A stretch of DNA of 64,000 nucleotides. Source: Bilabrum cf. latius (taxonomy: Eukaryota). The DNA is taken from the NCBI GenBank assembly GCA_965178125.1, contig OZ237739.1, positions 496,001 to 560,000 on the forward strand. The letters are read 5' to 3'. The notes below the pieces were generated by a model. It did not search any database. It was not told where the DNA came from and saw only the letters and a list, made by a program, of their open reading frames with translations. Of this stretch, positions 28,766-41,207 are shown piece after piece. Positions within the stretch are counted from its first letter, which is position 1; every line of letters begins with the position of its first letter. The translations under genes and the position numbers were made by a program.

Positions 28766-31700
28766 CGGACAGCTCCAGGTACACTTGCGGGGTTGAAATC
28801 TGTGTCTCATACTACGGCTGTGCATTAACAGAGTAGTTCCTGGATTGCTGCTGTATTGGGTGGCTGGTCCACCTGAGATCTAATAGTGACTTGTATGTTG
28901 CACCTGCCTCGATTCGATCGGTCATTACTATTCGGTACGATACCTCGGTCTGGCTGCCAATATCCAAGTCATCAATCTCAAGCAGCACACCAATGCCTTT
29001 GCTACCAACTGCACGTGGTGTCCCGTCGACGGATAAATCATGGATTACATACGGTACAGAGCCGTCAGAAGTCAAGGTGATGTTCTCGAACACCCGTTCG
29101 AATACTTGCAGATTAAAGGCCGGACCAGTGGAATAGTCTTCGTGGTAGATAGTCATATTCACCATGAACTCGTCTCCGGCGTCGACAGAGGTAGGCACAG
29201 TCGTCGATACATTTGCTGCTAACGAGGCCTCGCGAACCGTTAGTTCCTGCACCAGGGATGTTAAGCCAGAAACTGCTGCGGAAGCAAACGACGCAGTTGG
29301 GACAGTACTACTGCCAACGACCCCGGCAACCGGAGATGCTGCAACACGGGCTTGCCACACGAAGTCCAACGTCTGAAATACGAAGCCGCTGACAGAGTTC
29401 TTTATATAGCAGGACTGAATCGAAGCGTCACCGGTCGGACTCAGGCTGTAGAATACGGACGACGTGAGATCAGTTGCACTAAGGCCATTCACTCCGCTGC
29501 AATTAACTGTAATGTCTGTCCCTTGGCGGTTTACTTCGAATAGCTTGACGGTCGTTGGGTCAAGGACTTGGTCGCCAACGAAGTCCATAGCCAAGCTAGA
29601 ATTGCGGATGGACCCTCCGTGAAAGGTAAGTCTGAGAGTTGCCTAAACTAGCTGACCAGGAACTGGACCAGAGCCTGTTAACAGAGCTGACAGGCTAGTG
29701 TCAGGTGATGCATAGATCGTTGACAGCAGGGGAGCTCGATGCCTGTAGAATGGGCTGAAGAAGGGCGTGATCGAGTCGTTGCGAGCCTCTGTCCGCTCAG
29801 GGTGGGACCAGTACTGAACCTCCCATTGAGTAGGTGTGATGCCTCCTAGCTCAATCAAGTCCGTGAACTCAAACTGAACAGTCAGCTGCGTGGTTTTCTG
29901 GTTGAGCGTCAAGGGGCTGAGAAACGCAAATGTTGACTCCTGCCCATCAACTACGAGGCTACCTGCAGCAGCTCCGGATGCAACTGTGTCAGATTCGCTG
30001 GTATCGGCGAACAGAATTGTAGTCATGAAGTACTTGCCCGTTCCTAGAGTATAGTCTCGAACAGTTATGTTATATACGTCGGCGTCCGATGAGTCCGAGT
30101 GCGTCATTGGCAGAGAGATCGAGATCCTTGAGCCCACTTGCACGAAAGGCCCAAAGGTAGAACCAAAAAATATCGGGTTGTCTTGAATATCCCCTACTGC
30201 GGAGAGGAAAGATCCCGTATGTTGCTACTGAGGGACCATTGACCCTCCAACGAAAGGGACGAACGGCAATGCAGCATCTCGATCGAATCGACCTGATGCT
30301 TGTCCAAAGAAGCGCAGAGTCAGGGCCTCCGCAGACGTCGAGTTCGTGTCGGTGTTCGACACGTCTCCAATGCTTGCATTTACTACGCCAGAGTCAAATG
30401 TGTAGACAGACTCTGCGATGCTGCCAATGTCCTACCCAAGTGAGCTCGACAAGTTGCTGCTCTGATTGATAGACAAGAGGGTTCCGTTAAAGGACAGGAA
30501 GCTTGAAGCTGATCGAATCCCTACGTATGCATTGCGCAGCGTTGCCTCCGGAAACTCGAAGTCGATATCTACATAGAAGTACGATCCCGTCACGATGTTA
30601 TCTGGAAGTGGAGAAAACTCATCCGACTACAGCCTGTCGACCGAGATAGTTGGAATAGCCACCGGGATAGACGGCAAGTACGGCGCTGCATCCGAGTAGA
30701 ACCGAGAACCGACAAATCCAAAACCGTGCTGCTACTCCAGCGGCTAGGTGTAGTACTCGATCCGCATACGTGGCTGCACAAAGCTCCCAGAGGTCACTGA
30801 GGAGCGGACACGAACCTAGTACGTGAGAGACACGTTGGTTCCGGGGCGGATCTCACCAATCGAACCTAGGAAGCCAGTGCTGTTGATTTCATCAAATCGA
30901 GACTAGTCGGAAGCTGCAAAAATAACTTCACCGTTGAAGATGACCTACAGAAAGTCGTACTGCTGGTCAACACTAGTGAGTTGGTCATCGTACAACGTGA
31001 CGTTGTACGCTGTGGACAAGAAGCTGTCCTCCAAACCTAATACTAGAACCGCATAGGAAACCACGCTCCCTCCGACAACAACTTCCTTGTCAGTCGTGGC
31101 AGTCACGTTCACAGTAGGTTCTGCTACTCGAAGAATAATGTTGTCGCTCACATCCTCTCTGGAAATGTTGCGAGACGATACGCTCACCTCAACTTGGCCA
31201 GCGTTTGATTTCACCACTTCAGTTTTATTCGAAACAATCGCCTTCAATGCCACCACGATCGATTCCGGAATGGTCGGAGAAGATGCATTGATGCTGACAT
31301 CCCCCAGCCTGACGTTGCATGCCAGTTTGTCGCCAGCTACGGACACTAACTGGGGCAGAGTGAGGTTGGTCCGATCAAAAACTCCGTCTGGCTGGAATAC
31401 CACCACCGCGTCGTCCGTGAAAACAAAATTTGAAGAATCAGACTTGAAGTAGACCACCATATTGGACAGCGTACCCTCTGGAATGCTAATTGTGGCGGTC
31501 AGGTCCACCACAGAACTCACGGCAGCTGTGGTCGGGCTCGTTGTGGAGCTACTCGACTTGGCATCAAGTTGAACTTGCGCCGTGGGGACCACAAGCACGG
31601 GAGATGCTGCTTCAGGTGCAATTAAGAGCCTGGAGACTTCAAACTGAGGGTGCGTCTAAAACGACACCAACAGGAGAGGCTAGAAAAATGAGGCTACCTC

Positions 31701-34700
31701 GAGCGCTTGTAACAGCTGTAGTACGAAGACAAGCTTGACAAACCTACCTGGTGCTATTTGATCAAGCCAGAGCAGAGGTGCAGCAGCATTCCCCAAATCA
31801 AACGTGTGTTGAGCACCGGCTGGTTCAAGCTACACATGAAGCACCCGATAATCAAGGTTGCGACGGCCAAAGCTGCTGTCAGCGAGAGTCCAGCTCACGT
31901 TGTGAGCCACGGAGGACTCACGAAAGCGATCCACAGCGACAACGGTAACTTCGTACGACACAATATCAAAGGCGTCGGCTGATGATGTGTTGGCAGACAC
32001 GTTGTAAGCCAGCTCTGGCTGCATAACACGCAAAGGTGCCGACGCCGTGACTTCGCCAGCATCGATGCCGTCTGATACAAATTGCACCTATGACTCGATA
32101 CTAAGCCCACTGCTTGGTACGACAGTGCTAGTTTCCTTGACGCCTCCTTGCAGCACAAGCTCAATCCACCCGTCCGTGCTGCCCGGTATGTCGCTCGCAA
32201 TAACATCACCAAGATCAACTCTATACTGGCGGAACTAGACTTCCTCAACGAGAATCAGACCGGTAGCATCAAATGGCGATATTGATGAGGTCATGGCCGG
32301 TGCGGTGGAAGCTCTGAATGAGTCGATCCCAGTTAGCTTGATTGTGCTGGAGCTGTTGAAACCCACATGGACCGAGCTTCCAGACGCAGTTCCTTGGGGA
32401 ATAGAAACGTTCACGGCAACCCATACCTAAGATCCTACCGCCACAGTTGAGTTGCCTTTGCCAGTGAATCCATCTGATTCAATTCGCAACAAGATGCTTG
32501 GCTCCTTCGACACCCATAGTGGGTTAGAAGGTGGCAGGACAAAAACAGTTGTTGGGGCGGGGTTGTACAAGGACGCAGGATGCGTGGCAAAGTACACTCC
32601 GATTGAGAGAGCATCGCTCTATCCCACTTCAATAGTACCCATCAGTGAGACAGAATACGATACAAGTGCAGTTGCGCCGGGTACCAGTGTTGCGTTGGTA
32701 AGGATCGATCCTGTCGAGCTGTACGAACTTGATATACGTAACTCGTTTGCCGCTGACTGGCCGGCCAGCAACGCCGCCAACAAGCTGTAGTTTGAGGAGG
32801 CCAAACCTAAGTCAGAGTCAACTAGCGACACGTTAAACGGAATCGCTCCAGGTGCCACAATCAAACTGATCGACGACACTAGAACATCACCAGCGACAAC
32901 GGATGCAAACGTGGATGGAGTGACTGAGAGTATAACCTCCGGGAATTGGAACTCACGGGAGAAAGGCCCAGACGCAGAGCTCGAGTTTCCAGAGCTTGCC
33001 TGCAGTTCGAGCGACACGAGATCCCCTCGGCGCGCAAGACTGGCGCCGACGCCTCGAAGGTCGAGTACAACTTCAATGGACTCAATCACGCCGATATCGC
33101 GGTTCGTATTCACGATGTTGCACAGATCAATCGTGTAGCTGTTTGCATCAACCGCAACGAGACCAGTCCCTAAGCCAACGGCAGAGTTGCACGAAGAAGA
33201 CACCTCGGCAGCACCAGATCCGATTGCCTCGACCGAAACAAGACTGCCCAGGGCAAGCAAGTCGCTGCCATCCCCTGAGGCTGTGACTGCAAGCTCCAGA
33301 TTGGTTGTATTTCCTTGGGCCACGTCGATCAAGGATCGAATACGAACAGTCGAGCCGCTCGTGAATGCAGATTCTCTGTTCGCGGTGAAGTCGTCGCTGA
33401 CCACGGTTGCAGCATGCTGTAACCCCCTGACGTGAATCTCGGATACCTGCCTATCCACTGTGTATCCACGTGCCTCGTCCGAAGTTTTCGACGACACTGG
33501 GGTACTCTAATAAGACAATCGAGGTGTCGATGCAAGAACCTCGCCGGACTCCACAGCATCTCGAAGCTAAACGCCGTACTCAACCTGAACCACATCAAGC
33601 ACATCGAGAGCAAACATTGGAATGACAGCGATGATTCCAGTCGAAGTGACAGTGCTGCTCACAGCAGCTGTTGTGTCGACTTCATCCACAGCGACGGAAA
33701 CCAGATCAAGTTTCCGCCCACTGCCAACGAGCGAGTCGTCCGTGACGACAAGCTGGTAGGCCGGCCCCCGCGAGGATGGAGTGTGAGTCACGTTCACTCC
33801 AAGCGTGAGCGTTGAACCTGCCTGTGCGTCAAGGGGATCCCCAGACATAACAGAAGAGTAAAATTGTAGATCAGGCTCGACAAAGTCGAAGGTGAGGGAG
33901 TCAAGGTCAGCCTGTGTGCCGTTTTGCATCACTCTGCCCTACAGCGCAGCCGATTGACCCAGTACAGTCACCGTAGGCACATCTCTGGCAACCCCCTCGA
34001 CAAGCAACGTAATCTGCTGGGTAATTGCGGCTGAGGCACCGCCAGAATCGGTGCGAATCGTCCCAAGGTCGAAAGATACGCTGTCTAGCGCCCCCCTGGA
34101 CGAAAAGTTGGACAGCACCGCAGGCGCCGATACCACAGCTGCGCCAACGGTCTCCACGAAGGCCGTGATGATCTCAAACGGTCTATTTGCCGACCCTGCC
34201 TCAAATACAGCAGTCGCCGGGAACTGCAACCGGGGTAGAAATAGAGTGAAGCGTGCAAGGAAGGTCTCTCCCACCGAGAGGTCTGGAATGGACGTTGATG
34301 ACCCGAGCACAGCTCCTGTCAAAGCTTGGCTGGTGGAGACCAGCTCAAACCCGACCCGGATAGGTGCGAGCTGCACGCTTGCCTCATTCGAGTCCGTTTG
34401 CAACAGCTGCCGGTACGTCGGCTCGGTAGCATTGGCCGGTGCCGAGTACCAGGATACTGTTGACTGGAACCGTAAAGTCTCCAGAGGAGCTGTCGTCGGA
34501 TCCACAATGAATTGAACCGAGCCGCTGATCCTGTCTGCCACCTCGAAAGGCTTGCTGCAGTCATAGAAAGAGAACACGACGGAATCGCTGCCGTTGGTGG
34601 TTCCTACTCGGCAGCCATTCATAGACCCGAACACACCCCCAAAGCCAACAGTGTGGGTAGAATTCGTGACTGCATTGGGGGTCAAGCACTGCACTGTCAC

Positions 34701-37700
34701 AGTTACATTGTCCCAGGCAGGCTGGCTGTCGCCAATATCACGGTGGCGGATGTCAAAGCTGATCTCGATAGGATCGTAGCCTTGCACATAGCTGGTGTTG
34801 GAAGTCACCGCAAACTGCTCATACCTCAGGTCAGCATCCCTTGCTTTGTAAACCTCGATCGTCGAGGTGTTCGCGAGAATCCACTCAGACTCTGCACCAC
34901 TAGCCAGCGGGCGGGTAAATTCGAGAGTGCTAATGAGAGCGGATGCCGAGCCAATCCAGCTGTCGGTGCCAGACGGGAAGACCAGCTGAACGTCCCAGGT
35001 CATGGTATCGTTCTCGCTGTCAGTGTTGTCGCAATCGTTCAGAATGTTGCCAAGAACTGCTTGAGCCAGTCCACTCCGAGCCGAGCGATCTATTGCAGAG
35101 CTATCGAGAATGAGGTTGCTGCCGAGCCGACTAAGGTGAGGACGAGTCCGCACCACTAATGCATCTGCGACGCCATTCCGTGTCAGCACCGTGAAGTTCA
35201 GTCGCAGCGACGACACAAACCCCTCTGGTACCTATATAGTCGTGGTAAGGTTGAACACTTCGCCGTCAGCGAGGTCAATGCTGGCTGTTCCTTCTTGCGT
35301 GTACTGGTTGTCGCTGCTTCCCGGCGTGATCACGGACTGCACGACAGGAATGCCAGTTTCAATTCCGAATGCATCCTCTTCAAACTCCAACCTCCGCGCT
35401 ACGAACGTAGGTGAACCTGGCTGGGTAGAGTACCCTGCGAGATAGCAGTTGACCCCTCTGCTGCTCGACGTGAACCCCTGGTTGCCAGACGGACCTACAG
35501 CGCTTCCGATCGGGATGTCCATCGTGATCATGCGCACCTCGTCAGGCCCTTTGCTGTTGGGCAGGCCTTCGATCGTTGGGAACATGAACGAAATGTTCGT
35601 AAAGGCTCCGCTCTACATGATTGTCATGGTTGTGGGCGGACTCAACAGCAAGCCCTCGCCATCAGAGACGTACGTATTGAGGGTCCCGGGAGCGGGCAAG
35701 TCCACGGCAGCAGTCGCGTTGGTGCTGAGCAAGCTCGGGTCGCGACCATCTGCGAGCAGAAAGATCCGCTCCATCTCACATATGACCTCGACATTCCGAC
35801 CAGGAAAGTTTCCGGTATTTGCGACGGCCACTCCAAGCGTGACTACGTCGCAGGCGTCGATTCCCGTGAGATTGACCGACGGCATGTCGACCGCGTCGTC
35901 GACATCAATGGAAGAACCTGGAAAACGGAATCCAGACGAGCCAGGCTCCGAAATGTTGACAAAAGGCGTTCCAACAAACCCAGCTCCAAGAGAAGGTGGC
36001 TGTACCAGGGGAGCAAAGCTGCCGCCAGCGACATTACCCCTAAATGTCAGCATCGAAGTTGCCACCTATATGTTCGGATTCCGTATAACCGTAGCAGCCT
36101 GAACGGGCGCCGGACTCGCCAATGAACCCTCTTGTGGCTGCGAAATTGACAAAACGCGCGCGCCAGCTCCAACGCGAGACTGCGTCGCGGCGAGGGTGTA
36201 GATGAGCTGGATCTTGGTGGCTCGACGGAGAGTGTCCTTGTAGCCCTGAGGCCATGTGGCCACGATGATCTGCGAGTCCAAGTCCACCGTCACGTCTGGA
36301 ATCAGGCCTGATATGTTGTAAAACGTATCATTCTGGCCAATTCGCATGCTGTTAACCTGTGGAACGCCGGTTTGGAGCACCCCTTTCACAAGATCAGCAG
36401 AAATGTCCCGAGAAGCAATCCCGCCGGTACGCAGCACAGGAAACGGCGGCCAGATGCGAATCGTAAGGCTTGGAAAGCTCGAAAACGGTAGCGTATACTC
36501 GGCAAGGTACGTCGCATTTTCGTTCGGCTCGATAAACTCTCCGTTGCAGGGATCGCATACCACTCCGTCGGTCGCGTACAGCACATGACGCTCTGTGCCA
36601 ACGGGCAGAGAGAGGCTCGCGCCGGCTGACGACGTCCCAGCTCTGAACGCGGAACACTGCGCATAGAATGGCTCCCATGGCTCAGAAAAGTTTGCGTTCA
36701 TCGAGAAATTTGCAGGATCGCAGGCCGTGTACCGGAGCAGCGCGTTCTGCGGCAGCCCGATGCCGTGCTCGAGGCGGATGCCGTTGCTGTCGAACTCATT
36801 GATCGTGGATGTCCACTGCAACTGGCATGTCGCTCCATCCAGCCGTAAAGGCGCCACGTACCCGCTCTCGTTCAAGGCCTCTTGAATGGCGGCCCCTATC
36901 TCGAGCGTGCCGACGATGGTTTTGTTCAGCACGGCGAACTGGGACGTGTTGCCGATCTGCTGCGGGGTTGGGCTCATGGCCAGGTAGCCGTTGGCCAGGG
37001 TGAAATCAAGCCCATTAATTTCGTTGGGCTGCTCGTCCTAACAGGACATGGACACCACGAATGCACCTGGGTCGATCTTGTACCCCGAAGGCATGCTGAT
37101 CTCCGCCTGGAGGTCGGTAAAGTTCAGGTAGTCGGTAAGCCTGAACTAGAACGTCGATGTGACCAGGTTGCTGATGGCGTTCCCGCCCGTAGCGACGAGC
37201 GAGAGGCTACTGTCCACCGCCTCCCAGGTGACCGCGACGCTAGCGTTTGGCTTGGCCTGCTGCGTCATGTTGTAGTCCCCGAAGGGCTTGGTCTGGGCGG
37301 CCACATCGGTGAACCGGATCTGGGTGGAGCCTGTCAGCCGGTTGTCGGAGGCTTTGAAGGCAAGAACTCCTCCGCTGGATTCCCGCAGTATCTTGAAATC
37401 CACCCTGATTCCGGCAGATCCGGTGGTGCTGGCTGTAGATGCCATCCCTGTGGTGTTGACGAACAAGGGGGTGCCTGCATTGGCGTCGGCAACGGTGCCT
37501 CCGAGCTGCACGGCAGCGACGGAGGAACCGATCGCGGTGATGGCGGTCACCTCGATCGATTCAGGCGCGCGAAGCACCATTCCTGCCGCCCCCGCCTAGA
37601 AGCCCGACTCTAGCACGAGCTGCGCCTCGGCGCTGCGCGAGAAAGTCTCGCTCAGAGCGTCCTCCAGCCCGCCCGCCTTGCCCCCACCCGAACTTACAAA

Positions 37701-38164
37701 ACTCAAGACTAGCGGATTCACCGTGGCTGTCTGAGTCCAGTTAGACGCGAACGTGTCGTTGCACCCCTCCTCCAGCAGGGGGCGTGGGACCAGGTTGCCC
37801 GAGGCGCTCAGCCCCTGGGCGAAACCGCCGCGGAAGTAGACGTCGAATGGCGCCACGTTCGCCTTGAGTGTAGTGCCAGCGTGTGAGATAACAACTTCAG
37901 GAAAATCCGGAGACACCGTTATCAGACCAAGTCGATAGGTCACGAGCGCACTGCCTGGTGTGCCGCACACCTGACGGAGGTCCTCATCGAAGCTGTTCAG
38001 GAGGACTGGATGGTCCACGCACGACGGCTCTCCTGCGACGGGGGGAGGGAATACTTGAACCGTTTTTTCCACATCGCCAGCGAATATTGTTGCGCCGCCG
38101 CTGAGATCCAGAGCAACTTGCAACTGGCTGCCCGTCGGCGTTGCCACATCGACCTCGGGAACCA
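1..38164 (-). CDS. Giant repetitive surface/adhesin-like protein (more than 12,600 aa in window; 3' end beyond left edge, 5' exon unresolved) built of tandem DUF11/fimbrial-like beta-sandwich modules; TAG read as sense
   Basis: The long minus-strand ORFs from 38198 to the gap (37596, 37146, 36066, 35613, 35232, 33939, 33567, 32619, 31830, 30945, 29643, 28812) share one frame. I read the linkers by hand and found 26 TAG and no TAA/TGA. Left of the gap the 974-aa ORFs are joined by one TAG per 2,943-bp unit (ELTAVL*LAEGTLVGSS). An in-frame TGA at 38214-38216 and a pyrimidine-rich acceptor (ctttaccattttctccgatttcgcag, AG at 38166-38165) suggest an upstream intron. The protein is Val/Ser/Gly-rich with many N-x-S/T sequons. 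Confidence 0.85.
28041..28240. other. Assembly gap (200 N) within the repeat array
   Basis: Run of 200 N. Both flanks are repeat-unit sequence, so the frame change across it and the true copy number cannot be interpreted. Confidence 0.99.
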
Positions 38165-38918
38165 CTGCGAAATCGGAGAAAATGGTAAAGCTTGCCAACC
38201 ACCATTGTGTGTATCATAATGGATGTTTCGAGTAGATGACAGGAATGAGTTTGTCGACATTGGATGTCTCAAGCAGCACCGAGCGAGCGAGCGAGCAAGA
38301 CGTGATGATAGGTATCCACGAATAGCCACAAAGCGTAGCGACCTGTGTATACGCTCCATAATGTATGCTTCAGTTCACGAGAATCGCGAGGTGCATACAA
38401 GTAGCGCAACGAGCGAAGGTGAGGAGTCTAGCACCGCGCCGAAGAGCACTTGTCAAGTGAAACAGAGCTCACTGAAGTCAACAAAAGGGTTGAACCCGAT
38501 ACTGCTCCCAGCATTGTCAAACAACAGCTATAATCCAGTGTCCTATCCCGGTGATTGGTCGCCACTTCCCCTCGAAATAGCTGTAGAGGGGACCGAGTTT
38601 GAGTGTGCTATGTGTACACTTGCGGCAGCGACGGCAAGCTGAAGAAGCCACATTGGCCCAATCTGTCCTAAGTAACACTTTATTTGTATCGCTCAAAAAG
38701 CTTGTATGGCTCCGTAGAGGCTGTGCTTCTCGAAATTCTCGAGCCAAGGGCCGAGAGGTGCTCGCAAAACTGCCTTTTCCGCCGCCACATGGTCGCCTTG
38801 CGACCAACTGTTCGGATTTGGTGCGTGGGCCTCGCGAGCTCAATGCTTGCGCGACAAGAATGGTACTTTGACAGATAATTCGAAAAAAGACTCGTACGAT
38901 CGGAAGGCATGGCTGCGA

Positions 38919-40937
38919 TCACACGGACCACACTTTGTACAGGGCGATGCTGCCGTTCCCGGGAAGGGTGGCCTGGAGCGCGTCCGACTCCGGGTTGATC
39001 GTCCCGGGCACGTCCTGGCCAGCGAAGAGGTCCCTGGCTCGCAGCTGCACCCCCGCAGTCACGGGAGGAACCAGAGCGAGGCAGTGCCCGGATTCCTTCG
39101 CGCGCATCGTGCCGTCCGTCCTCAGCTCGACCTGCTGGTTGTCGCCCTGGTTGCACTCCCACGCGTCCGCAAACGAAGTGTTGAACTCCCACTGATCCAG
39201 ACAAAGGTCTGCATTCAGCGCGGAAGACAGGCTCCCGAACCCGGACCCGGGCCCGAAGGCGCTGCCCTGGGAGGGCGTCCACTTGAGGTCGTCTGCCCTG
39301 CACTTGGACTGGTCCCCCGAGCAGATCTGCACCTCGAGGCCCGTCCCGCTCTGGCCGTCGCAAGACACCGCCAGGCACCTGTCCAGCCTGCCACCGCGGT
39401 TGCGAAACTGCACCTGGCCATCGAGCCTCTCGCCCAGGTGCGCACTCGTCACACCGTCCGAGGACAGAATCTCCCACTGCTGCAGCGGGTCGCTCGGGTC
39501 GCACGACTCGCTCCAGTACACTGCCTCGAAGCCGGAGTGCGGCAGGTTCGACTTGCCCTCGCCCGCCACGCCGGGCTGCAGCACCGCGTTGCCCCACCCG
39601 CCAGTCAGGGTCATGGCACCGCCGGGGCCCCGGATGGCCGCTGCCTCCTTCTAGACGGCCTCCCATGCCTCATCAGCGAGGTCATCCGCGTGCACGCCCT
39701 GGCGCCAACCGGCGGCCTCCAGGCGAGCCCTCCGCGCCTGCACCTGTTCCTTCGTCTCTAGCTTGAGGCGACCCCAGCACTCCGGCCCGCACTTGACCGT
39801 GGACTCACCCGCGTTGTTGTTTAGCAGAGCCACCGCCCAGCTGCCGTCCACAAGCGGCCTCGCCCAAACGTTCGTGCCCCCGAGGGAGTTCAGGTCCTCG
39901 CCCACCACCCTCATGCCCTGAATGCCCATGGGGTCCTAGTCCACCGCAATGACCTCTGTGTTGCCCCACTGGCTCATGAAGGGCTCGCCCACCCCGTCGG
40001 GACCGACGTCCGCGCTGATGATCAAGGGCGCTGCCATGACGGACCACATGCCCATCTGGGACTTGGACTGGCCGGCCGTCTGGTACCACTGGTTGTTGTT
40101 GGAGGCATTCACTCGGGCGGAGAGGCGGTCATCGCGCTGCTCCTGGTCCCTGCCGCTGTTGAGCGGGCCGGTGGAGCCCGTGCCGTCTCCTTGCAGCAGG
40201 TCTGGGTCGTTCCAGCCCCCGGGCCCCGCGTACATGCCAAGGTACGCGTTTGCGTTGATTGCAGTGATGAGGTAGTACCAGTTGCGGCCATCTCCGTCCA
40301 CTCTCCAGAGATTTCCTATAGAATTGCCCTCTTCCGCAAAGTAGGGGTGCCACCCGCACAGCGAAAACACGATCGGCCGACCGGTCTCGTTGAAGGAATC
40401 ACGCCACAACTCGTACTGCTTCAATGCGGTCGGCTGGTCCTGCGGCGCGCCGCACGAATCGATCTTGGCATAGTCCGCCCCGCAGCTTGCAAAGTACTGC
40501 GCGTCATTCTTTTCGTGTCCCTCGGATCCGGGGGCGCTATAGTAGCTGGTCCCGCACTGCCTCGTGCCACGGCTTGTGTATAGTCCGTACGTTAGATGGC
40601 GAGTCTTGCCGTTCGCATCGATGTAACTTTGGTTGTGGATCCAGTCACCGAGAGACTTCATCCCGAACGGAAACTTGCCAGACTCCACTATGATGTCACC
40701 TGAGGCTGATCGCCCCTTCAGCCAGCCTTCATCAACGTGAACGCCGCCATAGCCAGCCTTTGCTAGACCAGATTTGATCAGAGCACCCGCGATGTAGCGC
40801 ATGCGCTGGTCCGTCACGTTGCTCGAACGGTCGTTCCAACTCGAGTACGCCATCGGAGGCGTTCGCGCAAGGCCATTGTTCAGAGCAACGGCAACACCAC
40901 TAAGTGCAACGCAAGAAAGTATGAGCGCTTGCCGCAT
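38919..40937 (-). CDS. Secreted glycoside hydrolase family 27 (alpha-galactosidase/alpha-N-acetylgalactosaminidase-like) with ricin-B (CBM13-like) lectin module; 672 aa, 2 internal TAG
   Basis: Signal peptide followed by LNNGLARTPPMAYSSWN, VDEGW, DYAKIDSC (nucleophile motif), WRVDGD (acid/base), GPGGWNDPDLL, WSVMAAPLIISAD and NTEVIAVD*DPMGIQG. Three ORFs lie in one frame, joined at TAG 39936 and 39651. Ends at TGA 38919-38921. Confidence 0.93.
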
Positions 40938-41207
40938 ACCCTGTGCGCAAGGAAGAGGCTGTTGACGTTAATTGTGTCCAGCAGAAGTGCTGCAGAACCC
41001 TGGGATTGATGATGAGAAGGAAAAGCAATCACATGATAGACCTGGAGGGCTCAGTATCTCCGAGTTCATGCGCGAATGCACAGTGCGTGGTGTATAGACC
41101 AAGCACTCAAGCAGGACGCACAAGGCAGCACGGACTGTAGCTCAGCCCGCAGCTCTGCTCGAACAGCCCCGCCGCTTGCGTGGAGCCGCCCAGTCCCAAG
41201 CTCACCA

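Noticed and set aside
39-28836. Plus-strand 943-aa Thr/Ser-rich and Arg/His-rich ORFs
   Set aside because: These are antisense or alternate-frame shadows of a GC-rich, GTG-biased coding repeat. Only the minus frame continues into the unique region with homologous modules.
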